Below, piece by piece: positions 12,401-24,886 of a DNA stretch of 64,000 nucleotides. Numbering within the stretch: the stretch's first letter is position 1; every line of letters starts with the position of its first letter. Made by a program: the position numbers and the translations under genes. The notes beneath the pieces were generated by a model. It was given only the letters and a program-made list of their open reading frames with translations, ran no database searches and was not told where the DNA came from. The DNA comes from Euglena gracilis (lineage: Eukaryota), in NCBI GenBank assembly GCA_039621445.1, contig CP154954.1, positions 37,805,703 to 37,869,702 of the forward strand. Direction: 5' to 3'.

Positions 12401-12532
12401 TGTTCACTGTGCGGATCCACCAACCACCCCTCACCCAAATGTCGCTATGCGACCCCTCCCCACCCAAGCCAGAGTCATCGCGATATGAGTTGCAGTTCAA
12501 AAGATCATACTTCAGCCGAAGGCACAAGGTAG
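9402..12532 (+). pseudogene. Very long gag-like ORF1 (repeat region, coiled coil, capsid-like region, zinc knuckles), frameshifted
   Basis: ORFs 9402..10973, 11043..11618 and 11732..12532. Degenerate knuckles CFLCNRKGPISCNC and CSLCGSTNHPSPKC. Lies downstream of LTR and PBS. Confidence 0.7.
9490..9960 (+). repeat. In-frame coding repeat (SSIE[HQ]P) with variable spacers
   Basis: About 11-12 copies of agctctatYgagca, spaced by multiples of 3. Confidence 0.9.
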
Positions 12533-13440
12533 GTCAACGAACAACCTCTACCGAGGATTATCACTCGGCTTCGGGCAGGGAGGGGGATGATACCCCACGT
12601 AATAAAAGTGACCATCCCTACTTTAGCACTCATAAATTCAGAGGCGTATATGCGTCCAAAAAGTCAAGGGCTGATACGGCCATTGGTTCGGATTTTGAGT
12701 AAAGACACCCGAAACCCAGGGATGCGGACTACAGAGGCTACTAGAAAGGAGGTGACAGGAGTCATGACCCTAGTCATCCCCTGCCCAGTATCCTTTCTGG
12801 TCATAGTTCCAGGATTTTCCGGTGTCCCCGCTCAAAATTCTGCCAATTTTTTGACATATAGACAGTTTTGTGTTTCCGGTTGTGGTGCATCATGGGATAC
12901 GCCATGAATAACCTTGTGGTTGAATGGATTTACGCTCCAAGAATGCACACAGCTCCGCAAACTTCTTTCCCCCGCAAAAACTTCCACTATTCATCATTTT
13001 TACACACCGTTTTCGATGACAGCAATACCGTTTTCCACAACACTAACACCGTTTTCAACCCAGGGGTAAAGAGAAAGTGCCCCCCCCCCTACCCACCGCA
13101 TACTCACAAACGTTCCATATGCGGTAGGGGTAACAAGTAGCTTAACCCCCCATCGTTTCACTGGGTGCCAAGACGAAAGCCCTAAGGACTGAAATTCGAA
13201 TGGTGTCGAGCAGTCGCCCAGCTGCTTTCATTTTTCTTTTTCCACCAGGTTTGTCGATTGCAGACAATCCTGTACAACCCCCGCAGCTAAAATTCGCATA
13301 CAATTTTTCTTACACACTCCACCCCCCCCCAGACCAACATGCGCGACACCGACAACTACTCAGCACCTCCCCCCAAGGTGTGCACTCTAGGAGAAATTTC
13401 CACACAACCAACAACCACACACAAAAGGACATAACTGAAA
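12533..13440 (+). mobile_element. Post-gag region of the plus-strand LTR element, homologous to 3300-4530(-), protease deleted
   Basis: 12565-12720 matches the reverse complement of 4375-4530; 13140-13400 matches the reverse complement of 3310-3560. No DTG motif in between. Confidence 0.75.
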
Positions 13441-14971
13441 CCAAACTAACCACCACAACCCGCGCCTATGGCGCCCCCACCACTCAAGCGCCTATGGCGC
13501 CACCCACCCTCGCGCATATCGCAAATCTTGCGCATAATGCCCCCCCGCCGCGCTATGTGGCGCCCCCAACCACCGCGCCTATGTCGCTCACACCCCCGCG
13601 CATATTGCGCTCCCCACGCGCACAGCGCTCATCTCGTGCCTATTGTTTTGCACACCGTGCATAGCGCGCACCTCCCCGCCGCGCATAGTGCGCAGCCAGC
13701 AAACAGCCCCCCCCCCCACAAGATGCGCCCACCCCCGCCCTCCCCCCACACGTGCATAGCGCAAATCTCGCACAATTGTGTATACCTTACAAATGGGTAT
13801 CTGCCCAACCCAACCATACTATTTTGGGAATAAGTCCCAAAGATGTTTGTGTACAAATTTCACAATGGCATTTTTGTTGTTGATTTGCAAACCACATGCT
13901 CAAATGCGGATTTGGTTTACTTAAGCAACAAAAGCAACCAACCCCCCTCCTTTGACCACGAACTTGTTGGCCACATTGGCGAACACCAAAGGTGTTTTGA
14001 TCATTCAAGCGCACAATTGCGCTCACTTCAAATTTATTTGCAAAAACACAAGATGTGTGATAAGTTTTTGGGATACATTGCAAATACTGCATTTTTCCCA
14101 CGAACTTGCACAGCTTTGTAAAGAACAGCTATTTTGTGAACAAAATGGCCTTTTTCTTATTGCAGAAGTGAATCCCGATAGGGAAATAAGTTAAATTCCT
14201 TGAGAAAATCTGCAACATAGTTGCCCACCACCCAAAATGAAGAAAATTCATTCAAACACGCACTTTTTTTGGACTTACCCACTTAGCCTTAGGTCTATGT
14301 GACCAATACACCCTATGATGTGCAAGGCCTATGGGCCATTACCCATGTGGTCCATGGGTCCATAGGACCAATTTGCACAAATTGCAAGGACCAAAAGGAC
14401 CAAAGGTTCACAAATCCATATTATAAAGTGAAAAGTCCATAGGACCTCAAAAAATGGCACAAAAAGCCATATTGCGTGGCTGAAAGTGGCTGAAATCGCC
14501 AAAACAAGCCAAATAGGCTAGTTTTATGCAGATTTGCATAAGTTTCACTTTGGCATAGCCTCAAAACCCCCACAAAAGCTTCAAAATTTCTGGCACCTCG
14601 TACCATGAGGTTTTGATTGTATGTAGTAGTGCCTATGAGATAGAAATAAAAAGTTGTCTTTCTAGAATAAATTATGGAAGCTTGTAGCAAAATCTCACTC
14701 ACAGAGCCAAAAAAGGTCAAAGATGTACCTGAGCGCCTGTAGCTGGCCGATAGTCCATGTTACCCCTCATTCGAAAGCTCGTTCGATGAGCCGTCCAGCG
14801 GTGCAAACAAATCGCTGTAACTCTGCACGGTACTCTTATTTGAGGAGGTCGTGAAAAATTGAATTAAGCCCAGCCAATCCGGCCAAAAGCCAAATTTTGA
14901 GCCAGATCTTGTACGATTGTGTACCAGACTGACAAATCAGCCTGAAAGGCTTCTATACTGTTCCCTACATC

Positions 14972-16282
14972 GTTTCTGATGGCTAATTACCATTGGTTAC
15001 CAGATGGGCTAATGGCCATTTATTTGAACCTTTGGCAGCATTCGGCCCATTACCTCCTCTGTTTGGGCTATTAGGCCTGGTACAGTTCAGAGGGCTATAG
15101 CCCGCAATTTGGAGCCATTTTGACTCACTAGAATCGTTTTCAGGAGTACTTATGTGCAAATTTTCTTTTAAATCATCGATTTTCTACAATTTTCGGTGAT
15201 TGTTCTCTATTCTGGCACTCATATCCCTAACGAGAGTGACCATGAGGCACTATGCCAGAGTGGAATGCAAAGGGCTATGCTGATAATGGCAATTTTTCAT
15301 TTGCTCATGATGTAATAGACAGGTTTTACTTGTATGTTGATATTTTTGCACAATTTTACAGCTTTTTGGGTGATGTGGTATTATTAGACACCCAAATCCC
15401 AAAATCTGTAAAACAACAAACATGCAGTATTATTGGACACTCTCAACAAGCACTATGTACACTAGGCAAATTTGAAGTCTTAAATGACTCAAAATGCAAC
15501 AAAGTTGCACTTTTGGTGACAAAAATGCATCCCTCGGCGCAGATTCTGCATTTCTGCCCTAAATCCTGATAGGGATTTCCTTAAAAATCTGATAAAAGTC
15601 AGTATTTCTCAGTGGCATAGTCACCAATGATGAGATTTTGTCATGTTTGCAGTATTTTTTCCTGCTTACCACACCAACGGCATTCTTTTCCCCGCCCGCT
15701 TCATTCAGTGGGCCCTCTTATCGATATAATTCGGAGGACCCAATGGTCATCATCTGCAACACCAATGGTGTCATTCTGCAAGGTTTATAAGAACCATAGC
15801 TCAGAAATGGTGAAATCCAGCTTTTTTTTGACCCACATTTGGGATTCCCTGTGCAGATCACCCGCAAATTTTCTGAATGTTGATCAATCACCACGTATTC
15901 AGCGAATATTTCGCAAATCTGTTCAAAATTTCAGAGCGAATCATCAAATGGTGCGTGCCACAGCACCATATTCATTGATTATTGCTCATTTTGTGAAGTT
16001 CCCCCGTTTCTCATGTGTTTTTGTCATTTGTGACCTACTGGTCTGAACTCAGTGTCGCAATATGCGATTTTGACCACGTGTGCGCAATATGCGTACATGT
16101 GCAATTTTAGTTGTTTTTTTCTTGTGCACAATATGTGGATACCCACAATTTTTCATACGCACACTTTGCTTTTGGAGGTATCATGCCTCTGATTGTACTG
16201 AAAGGTACAGAGTGATGAATTTCACCGCACTGGAACAATGTTCTATCATTTTATGTGCATTCACAGTTTATTTGCGGTTTTT
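14972..16282. repeat. AT-rich dispersed repeat, copy 2 (about 380 bp extra at 15830-16211)
   Basis: Alignment to 1-944. It may extend further upstream. Confidence 0.9.
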
Positions 16283-19200
16283 ATGGTCCAGGGGTCCAAG
16301 TCCTGGACCTTGACCCGAACGGTGGAGGTCACCTGTTGAAACTCAGCAAAAAACACAACATGCCAGCCTTCAAAAAAATTCAGGATCCCAGAAGAACTGA
16401 TTCAGGACCTGGCGGGGTTCCACGAACGGCTACGGCAAACCAGCCAAGCCCAGGTCGCGCAGCAACAACCGCTGCAGCAGCCCAACCTGCCCGGAATGCA
16501 CGACAAAACATGCTCTCACAGCGTAGCCCAGAACTGACAGGTCAACAGCCAAACCCAGATTCAACTGACAAAAAAGATCCCGACCAAACATTCATCTTCC
16601 AAAACGACTGTGTGAACCGGTGTCCAAACTCCTGCTAGGGCAGGTCATCAGCAGAAAGAAATCAAAACAACTCCTCATTGAAGACCATGCTGTGTTGCCG
16701 GACGGCAAAAAAAAATGTTCCTACAGGCCCTGATTGACACGGGAGCACAGGCAAACCTGGTGATTAAGAACCTGATTGCCCAACAAAATTTCAGACGGTC
16801 ACAAAAACCCTTGGCCCTGATCACAGCGGACGGAACAAGGATGGGAGGACTACACGAAGTCATACTGGAACTGCAGTTTTCATCACGGCCAACTGGACAG
16901 CAGCCGCAGTGGTTCACCTATGAGGGCCAGCGATTGTAGGTGTGGGAAAACCCCCAGCTGGTGTTGTTCCATCCACGGACACCCGAGGATGGCATCCACT
17001 TCTATGTCAGCGTCATGGAACGTTCCAAGGGTGGACCATTCCTTTGTTCTGTCCGTGTTGTGCAGGAACAGAAACACAGGGAACAGAAAATACACCAACT
17101 TCAGAAAAACACTTCAGCGCTTCGAGCAATGAATTTGCAGATTCCTGCTGAACCGGGCCAGGACGAGGAAAGACTGTCCGAAGGCGAAACAACACTGGAA
17201 ATACTGGCAAGACAACTTCAGAAATTGGCAAAGAAATCTGACAGGGTTCACGGTGTTGTGGTGGTGCCAGAGCAACAGGAAACGCAAGGCGAAAAAGTGG
17301 CAGAACTGGTGAAAAAACTGCGGCAGAACTATGAAGTAGTGGTCTTGCGAGACAGAATCTACCCAGACCCCCCATAACGCGGACCACCGGGTTTTGGAAA
17401 GATCGAGCTGAAGCCTGGAACAGTGGCGAAAAAAAAAGACCCATCCACATCTCTAACCAATTCGTCCACCATGTCGATGAGCGCCTGTCAGCGTTCTCCT
17501 GTCATGTCCTGAAAGTGGAAGACGGGAGGAGTGACTGGTCCAGCCCCACATTTGTGGTGTCCAAAAAAGGTGGAAAATGGAGAGGGGTGGTTTATTCCAG
17601 AGCACTGAACGAGGCAACAATCACAGACGCCCATCCCCTCCCTAGGATACCAGGCATCCTAGTTCAACAAGGACAACGGGCCATGTACAGTGTACTGGAC
17701 CTGAAAGACGCCTTCCACCAGGTACCACTGAAAAAAGAGTCCAGACCCTACACCTGCTGCAGCACACCCAAGGAAACAAAACAGTGGAGAGTGGTGGTCA
17801 TGGAAATGAAAAACGGCGTACCAATTTTCCAGAGGGTGATCGAGTACAGCCTGGAGCAGGTACGTGATATTGCAAACCACTACGTGGACGACATTATTGT
17901 AGGAACCGTATGGCAGGGGTCTGAAGACAAAAACCTCGAACAACAGGACAAGTACATCAGAAGGGAGATGGAGGCACTGAAAAAAAAACAGCAACACATG
18001 GCAGACATCAAGAAATGCAAATTTTTCGTGAATGAGGTGTGATTATGTGGACACGTGCTCGGTGGTGGACAAGGAAAACCTACACCTGGGAAACTGATGG
18101 CCTTGGAGAAATGGGAGGAACCAAAAACGGTCACATCCCTGCGGGCATTCCTGGGATTCACAAACTACTACGCCTCATACATCCCAGGGTATGCGGAATT
18201 GGCAGCAGACCTGATGGAAAAACTGAAGGTAAAAAAGGGACAGGGGAAGAAAGGAAGCCTGACACCTGTGTTTTTAGGTGAAAAAGAGAGAAAATCCTTC
18301 CAGACCACCAAAGAAAATCTCCTGGGAAGCCTGAAACTGCAAACGGTGAACCCAGACAAACCGTCCATACTCAGGGTGGATGCAAGTGGCAGATCCGTAG
18401 GTGCGGCTCTGGAACAATTAGCGGAGGACACTGCAGATAAACCAGACCCAACAACAGCCATGACCAAGAAAACAGTACCCGTAGCTTTCTGTTCACAAAA
18501 CCTGACACCTGGACAGGTTCGCTCGTGGTCTCCTAGGGAGAAGGAGACCTACGCAGTGACCCTGGCCCTGCAAAAATGGGATTCCTGGATACAAATGCAA
18601 CCGGTACTGGTGTTTGCGGACCACAAGTCCATTGAGGCATGGGCAACGGAGGCGCTGGACACCCCCAGTGGACCAGCTGGACGTAGGGCTAGGTGGCACG
18701 AACTGCTTTCGCGGGTCGACATAACCGTAGCACACGTACCTGGCAAAGACAACACGGTCGCCGATGCCTTGAGTATGTGGGCCTACCCCGCCTCACAGGC
18801 ATTCGCCGACGTGAGTATCCACGGGAGTGAGGAGGACGACCGACTCATGAAAGAAATCATCAAACAGGAGGAAAAGGAACAGAAACCTTGTATGGTGATC
18901 AACGTCGCAGACCTGACACAGGCAAAAAAACAACTTCAAGAACCCGTCACTGCGGCCGTCACAACAAGGGAGGGAGCCAAAACGGGTGAAGATTCGCCCA
19001 CAGTTCCTGGTTCAACGGAAAATGATGACACCCCTCAGAAAAATTCAAAAACACCTCAAAAAAATGCAAAACGACAAAGAAATTGGTTGTGAAGGAAACG
19101 ACTGTGGTGGAACCAAGCAAAAAACTGGCTGAGGCAACCCCAAGGGAGACCACGGATGAGGCGGGAAAAATGATCCGACCAGACCAACCAAACAACAAGA

Positions 19201-19985
19201 CCCCAGAAAATTCAAACACGGCCGAGGGACCATCCACTGAGGAAGACCCACCAAAGCGAAGACCCCTGGAAGAGGACCCTGTGGAACCTCTAACAACAAC
19301 AGTCTCAACAAAACAACAGGACGGACAAGGTGCGCCGGCCTCAACGGGGACACCCGTTGGACCTCCATCAAGGGGAGTGCACGCCCCGGAGATCCAACAG
19401 GGGGAATCGAAAGGGGTGATGGACAGGGAATGGAAGAACGAGTATGAAAGTTGCCCAGTGTACCTGTGCTCAAGGACGTGAAGGAAACGGGTTGAAAAAC
19501 TGGCCTGACGGGTACCGATTCGACAACGGCAGGCTCTACAAAAACGGTCTCCTATGTGTACCAAGTGGGTTGACTGGAAATATAATTCGGTAACATGACG
19601 AAACAGCCGGGCACCCAGGGTCAGCCCGACTGTGGGACCAGATTGGAAAGTGTTTTGTGTTTGCGGAGCACCAGGATGCAAAAAAACTGACAAGCAAAAT
19701 GATGACGATGTGTGAAACCTGCCAAGCAGCAGAACACAGCCACCTACCATACAAGTGCCCCATTGAACCGACACCAATTCCTGCACACCTGATGGACAGT
19801 GTTGCCATCGACTTGTTCTCACTACCTGAAACGACCTTTGAAGGGAAGAAATACGCCACGTTGGCGTTGTGGGGGACAGGCTGAGTGGGTGGATGGTTGC
19901 AACCCCCCACCTGGCCAAGGGACTCACGGCAGAAAAGGTTGGAAAAGAAATGTTCAAACAGTGCGGAATTTTTGGGATGCCCTGA
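16283..19985 (+). mobile_element. Ty3/gypsy pol remnant (protease, RT, RNase H, integrase N-terminus), no LTRs seen
   Basis: ALIDTGAQANLV; WSSPTFVV..LDLKDAFHQV..YVDDIIV; VDAS..EKE..DHK..NTVADALS; HDETAGHPG..CETC..VAIDLF. Domain order is PR-RT-RH-IN. Contains stops, frameshifts and two inversions. Confidence 0.95.
17515..18780 (+). pseudogene. gypsy reverse transcriptase / RNase H
   Basis: ORFs 17515..18042 and 18055..19092 are separated by an in-frame TGA. Confidence 0.95.
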
Positions 19986-20286
19986 CACACGGACCCCGTG
20001 GGCAGCGCACAGTGTTTTCCACCAACCGGCTGTGAAATGGGAGCCCCGGTCTGAGCTCTACCACCGAGTAGGATGCGGTTTCTTTTTGCCGTCCAAAAAA
20101 ATTAGTATTTCGCATTCGTCAAATTTTTCCGTTTTTTTTAATCTTCCGTAACGATTGATGGCCCTTTTTTTCAGCGAATAGAGCAGTGCTTGATGCTCCT
20201 TTCTTCTTGGTGCCGAAGGGCAATTTAAGAATAAGCGGGACCTCCGGACCCGGCGAAACACAGCATGAGGGCCTCACAAGGGCAAA
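19986..20286 (-). mobile_element. DIRS element C: 5' remnant (continues at 29582-29600)
   Basis: cttcttggtgccgaagggcaatttaagaat matches the leader of element B (29426-29456). ggcctcacaagggcaaa + gtgcggagcccgaggggtc rebuilds a DIRS 5' terminus. Confidence 0.7.
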
Positions 20287-20689
20287 TCGAACTCCCTCGA
20301 GGCCAGCCGAAAAGTGATGAAGGGACACCGAGGGCGAAGCACAAAGACATTGTGAGGCCATGCCCTGCTCGCCGGCGGTTTGTTGTGTGATTGTTCGCTG
20401 CGCTGGGTTAGGAGGTCCCGCTTAGTGCCGCCTCGCCGGAGTTGGCTGCATTCTCTCCGACGTGACGACCATGGCGCTGTTTCTTTCTGTGGGGGGGTCC
20501 CACCACCCCCCCCCCTGGCCACCATCTTCTGACCGAGGGCGTATGAAGCCAAATTTTTGTATATGGGTGGGGGGGTCGGGCTCACAATGTCTTTGTGCTT
20601 CGTCCTTGGTGTCCCTTCCTCCCTTTTCGGCCTGCCTCGAGGGAGCACGAGACACCTCGGGCTACGCACTTTGCCATTGTGAGGCCAGA

Positions 20690-21620
20690 TTGTGCACTGA
20701 AAAAAGGGTGGCCAGGACATTCTCCAAAGAACCTTGGGCACCAAGTCTTTGATAATGGGCTGTGAAAGCCTCCACCCCCTTCCATTGACCAATTTCACAA
20801 ACTTCTTGGGCAGAAAGGCCCAATTTTTTTTTAGCAAACCAACCCCCTCTGGTGGAGTGGGGTCCCCAAACCTGGGGGGGGTACCCCTGTTTGGTCAAAA
20901 AGTTTTTGGTGATAGAAGCAATGGTATCTGCCTTAACGGCTTTGTAGGAGGGTTTTAACGTAATTAAAAAGGGGGCACCCAGGTTTCATAAAGAAACGTG
21001 TTGCTGCCACATGTGCCATAATTAAATGAAATGGGCTGATTTGGGGGCACTGGGGAATGGAGACAACTCGCTCCCACTTGTGGAGTTTTTGACCTTTACG
21101 TTTTATTTTGATGTAGGGTCCCCCACCCCCAACACACTGGTGGTTCTTTGGACCTGTGCCAAAATAGAACTTCTGTATAAGCAGAGGATTCGTGAACAGA
21201 AAATGGGTCGTGTACGCAATTTACATATATCAGAGGGCAGGGGGGACTGTGCCAGCCCCAGGAGGATTGGGAGGGGATCCCAGAATGCACCATATTTCTC
21301 CAAATTTTGGTTCCAAAGCCTTTTATAAGGTGCCAACATGGCATGGAACCTCAGGCCACCAAAGCCAGGGATCAAGAGCATAGCACTGTATGCATTGCGT
21401 GCTTGGGCCTTTGAAAATTGAAATAGTTGAATTAAAGCGTCGACCACTTGGTCAGTGGTGGCTTCAAGGGGGGGTACCCTCATTTTGTCCAAAATTGCCC
21501 ATAAAAGTGTAAAAGCGCTTTGATAACGCTTTAAACTGGGGTTTCTTCCCAGGAAATCGTTAATGGTCGAATTTTGTACTTGCTTCCCCTCCAAAATTTG
21601 CCTGAGCAAATCATGCAAAG
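20690..21620 (-). pseudogene. Tyrosine recombinase of element B (frameshifted)
   Basis: LCLYRSS, WGPHSTRG, GQWKG..FTAHYQRL. Confidence 0.85.
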
Positions 21621-22060
21621 CAGGGGCCACCAGGGGGGTGGCATTTTTTCCCTCCTGTAATTGGTGAACATACCCTTGTAAGGGGTGATTTTCAGGCAGG
21701 GGGTCCCTGGTACTTTCAGTTTTATTAATTGTGGCCAGCATGTGGCTGAATACCAGTAGGGGGTGACCATCAAAACTTTGGCTTCTGGAAACATTCTTAA
21801 TCTGGGGAGAAAATTTTGAATTACAGACCAGGGGGGGGTTTGCATAAAGATCCCTCATGTTGTCCAGTGGACAATGCAATGCATCCACTGCTGTGGCTTC
21901 CCAGTGGGGCAACCTGGCCACAAATTGTGGCAGTTTTTTGTTGCCTGGTGAGGCAAAAAGGTCTTTTTTTCATGTTTATGTCATTTTTGAACTGCTGACT
22001 CAGCCATTGAAAAAGTTTGGGGTCCAGGGAATAATCCCCCCTGTCCATTTCCCACCTGCT
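21590..22060 (-). pseudogene. N6-adenine methyltransferase-like domain of element B
   Basis: DRGDYSLD..AVDALHCPLDNMRDLYANPP/WSVI..VLMVTPYWYSATCWPQL. Confidence 0.8.
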
Positions 22061-23366
22061 TATGGGGTCTGCCAGGCATTCCTTTGATGGGACCCACTTT
22101 ACTTGCAGGTTTATGTTGTGCTTCATGCACCATTTGAAAAAGGGCCTTAGCATGGATTTGAAGGGGTCTTTTCTGCCCCCCCCCTTTTGTTAAGTAATAG
22201 TAAATTAATTGATTCTCCACTGACAGGGACACAGTTTCTCCTGGCTGGCTGAGGCTTTGAACTGTGCCTATTGCTGCACTTAATTCTTTGACATTTATGT
22301 GCAAAATGGAGTTGTCCCTCCAAAATTCTTGCACAATTTTGACTGTTCGAATGTGCAGCCCCCCCCCAGGCATGGGTGCTGCTGTCTGAGTGCAACTCCC
22401 TGGTTGAACTTTGGGGGAAGGGTCTGCCCCCCAGGTGTACAGCAGAATTTTTATTTCCCTTAATTGGTCCTTTATTCTTTGGGAAATGGGATGTTTTGAG
22501 TCCCAGGGGGCTGTGGAATTTTCCACCAAAAAATTTGCCAGGGCATCCGTAAAGGCCCTTAGAAATGGCAAGGCGATTATATTGCATCTGATTTGGCCCA
22601 AAATGGCAGCCAGTTGTCTTTTTGACATGTAACCTTTTTTCACCATTTTTCCCAGCTCCTTTTTTACTGTTTTTATTTTCTGGGAGGGGCACCTGTAATT
22701 TTCCCTCTTGGAAGTTTAGTTGAGATCCAAGGTGATTTACGATTTGGGTGGGCTCCAGGATGGACTTTTTCACATTGAGTTTGAATCCTGATTTAATTAA
22801 ATCCCTGACCACTGTGTTCAGGTGATTTTGTAAGATGTTTTGCGTTGGGGCCACCAGTAAAATGTCGTCCAGGTAAATAAATACCTGGATGCCATTTTCC
22901 TCCACATCTTTTCGAATGTCCTCATTACTGACATAAAAATCTGGGGCATTACATTCAGGCCAAAACAGCCTGCCTGTAATTCCCAGTTCTGCCCCCCCAC
23001 CTGATGTCTTAGAAAAGGCCTTAGGGCCTGGCTCACTGGGATGTGGAAGTCAGCATCCTTTAAATCTATTTTGGCTGCCCAGTGGCCTTTTTGCAAAACT
23101 GGAAAAATGTGCTGGATGTGATCCAGCTTGAAAGGTTTCACTTGGAACCTTTGATTTGTTTCCCTGCAATCGCTTATTAGTCTCCATTTTGTCTGTTCCC
23201 CTTCTGGTTTCGAAATCAGAAACCAGGGGATTAGATGCTGGGTGGTTGAATCCCTCACCCTCTTTACGGATCCAGATTTTTCGTAATCCCGCAGTATTTT
23301 TTCTGCTTGGTCCAGGTTCAAATTTGCCCTGGGTTTTGGGTGGGTGGACAATTTTTGTGGGTTCAC
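22050..23366 (-). pseudogene. RT / RNase H of element B
   Basis: KWRLISDCR, KIDLKDADFHI, CFGLN, YLDD, HINVKEL, LADPISR. Confidence 0.92.
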
Positions 23367-23491
23367 CCAAGGGGTTTGAATGCCATCCCTGATTAGTTGA
23401 CATGTTGTTGGGGGGGGATTTTTTCTCCACCATTTCAGGCTCTTTTGTAGCCTTTGATGGGAGGGTGTCTCCCCATTTTTCCTCCATGGAA

Positions 23492-24667
23492 TTAATTTCT
23501 TGGATTAGATGATTTTGGGGGGGCTGGGCTGGGGGTGCTGGACATTTTGGGCTTTTTCGCAGCCTTTGATGGAGGAGGGTGTCTCCCCATGTTTCCTCCA
23601 TTTTTCTGGGGGATGTGCATGCACTCTCTCCCTCTCTGCTCACCTCTCTGGATGATCTTGTTGTTGGAAGACATACCATAGGGCTTAATGCCCCTGTTTG
23701 GCCTATCTGGTCTTCTCCACGTTGCTGTCGTTGGTTGACATACCATAGGCGGGCCTCTGTGGGTCCCCCCCCTTGATTGAACCATCGGGAATTGAGAAAT
23801 AATTGCTGGAGGGGTTCCTGCCCCTCCCTCCAAAAGGACCACTGTGGGTCCCTTTTCCTCCTGAGGCTGGGCCATTGAAAGGGCCACTGTGGGTCCCTTT
23901 TCCCCCCTTTTTTGGCAGAGGGCCTCTGTGGGTCCCTCGGGGGATTTCTCCAGCAGCATTCTTAGCTTCTTGGTGGCCACTGTGGGTCCACCCTGCTGGT
24001 TGGGGATGATGCCCCTTAGCTTCTTGGTGGCCACTGTGGGTCCACCATGCTGGCCTCCAAGGCCTCCATGTATAAATCTTTCTCCATAATCCATCTGTTG
24101 GTCTTCCAGGCCTGGAGTTCTTCTTCGCCTCCAACCCACTGGAAATCTGGGGGGGCTGCTGTGGCCACCCACTTCCCTCTTGAGAGGGGCTGCTGTTCCA
24201 GATGAATTGGGGGGTTTGACAGACCTTTTCTTCCCCTTCCTGAGGGGATTTGTCTGTGAAACTGGCCTGCATGGCCCTTGTAGTTTTGACCTCCTTGGCC
24301 TTGGTTCCATCTCCCCGTATTCTGGCCAAATTGTGTACAGGTGACTGGGCACCTGTGGGGGAGATGCCCCTGATATGTGGGCTTTGGATCTCCAATTCTG
24401 AAGCATGTTGGGCCCCCATGGCCCATCTTTTGCCCCCCAAAGGGCTGGGGCTGACTTCTGTTTTCTGGGCCTTCTGGCCACAGTGGTCCAAGGACCGTGG
24501 CCGTCACTGGGGGGGGTTTGTGCTGGGAAATTTCTGGGGTGGGGGTCTGGGGAGGGAAACGGCCACGGTTTGCCACGTGTCGACTGCATCTCCAAGCTCT
24601 CCAGCTGCTGCGGCCACTGCTCCAGGACGTCCCTGACCAAATAATTCCACTTTCTTTCCCACTGCAA
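23492..24667 (-). CDS. gag-like low-complexity ORF of element B
   Basis: 391-aa ORF at the ORF1 position; GPTVA repeats. Frame assignment is uncertain. Confidence 0.55.
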   Translation of the reverse strand: MQWERKWNYLVRDVLEQWPQQLESLEMQSTRGKPWPFPSPDPHPRNFPAQTPPSDGHGPWTTVARRPRKQKSAPALWGAKDGPWGPNMLQNWRSKAHISGASPPQVPSHLYTIWPEYGEMEPRPRRSKLQGPCRPVSQTNPLRKGKKRSVKPPNSSGTAAPLKREVGGHSSPPRFPVGWRRRRTPGLEDQQMDYGERFIHGGLGGQHGGPTVATKKLRGIIPNQQGGPTVATKKLRMLLEKSPEGPTEALCQKRGEKGPTVALSMAQPQEEKGPTVVLLEGGAGTPPAIISQFPMVQSRGGTHRGPPMVCQPTTATWRRPDRPNRGIKPYGMSSNNKIIQRGEQRGRECMHIPQKNGGNMGRHPPPSKAAKKPKMSSTPSPAPPKSSNPRN

Positions 24668-24886
24668 TGCTCATTGAAGTCGAAATTGAAATTTGATTAT
24701 TGGCTTTTCAATTGATATTCCTCTGGTTCGTGTCCTTCTGGATATTGAAGTGGTATTTCGGACTCCCACGACAGAGAAAGGGGGAGGAAGGGACCAAGAG
24801 GGCGAAGCACAAGAAGATGGTGAGGTCCTGCTTTCCTTGCCGGCTGTTCTGTTCTGGTGTGTTTGTGCGTGCGCGGGGGGTGCTTC

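Noticed and set aside
13843-14194. Possible degenerate MT domain (VDLQTTCSNA..NQPPSF..KGVLIIQ) at the position equivalent to the MT of the minus-strand relative
   Set aside because: Motif spacing is too short, a frameshift is needed, and there is no nucleotide similarity. Not supportable without an HMM search.
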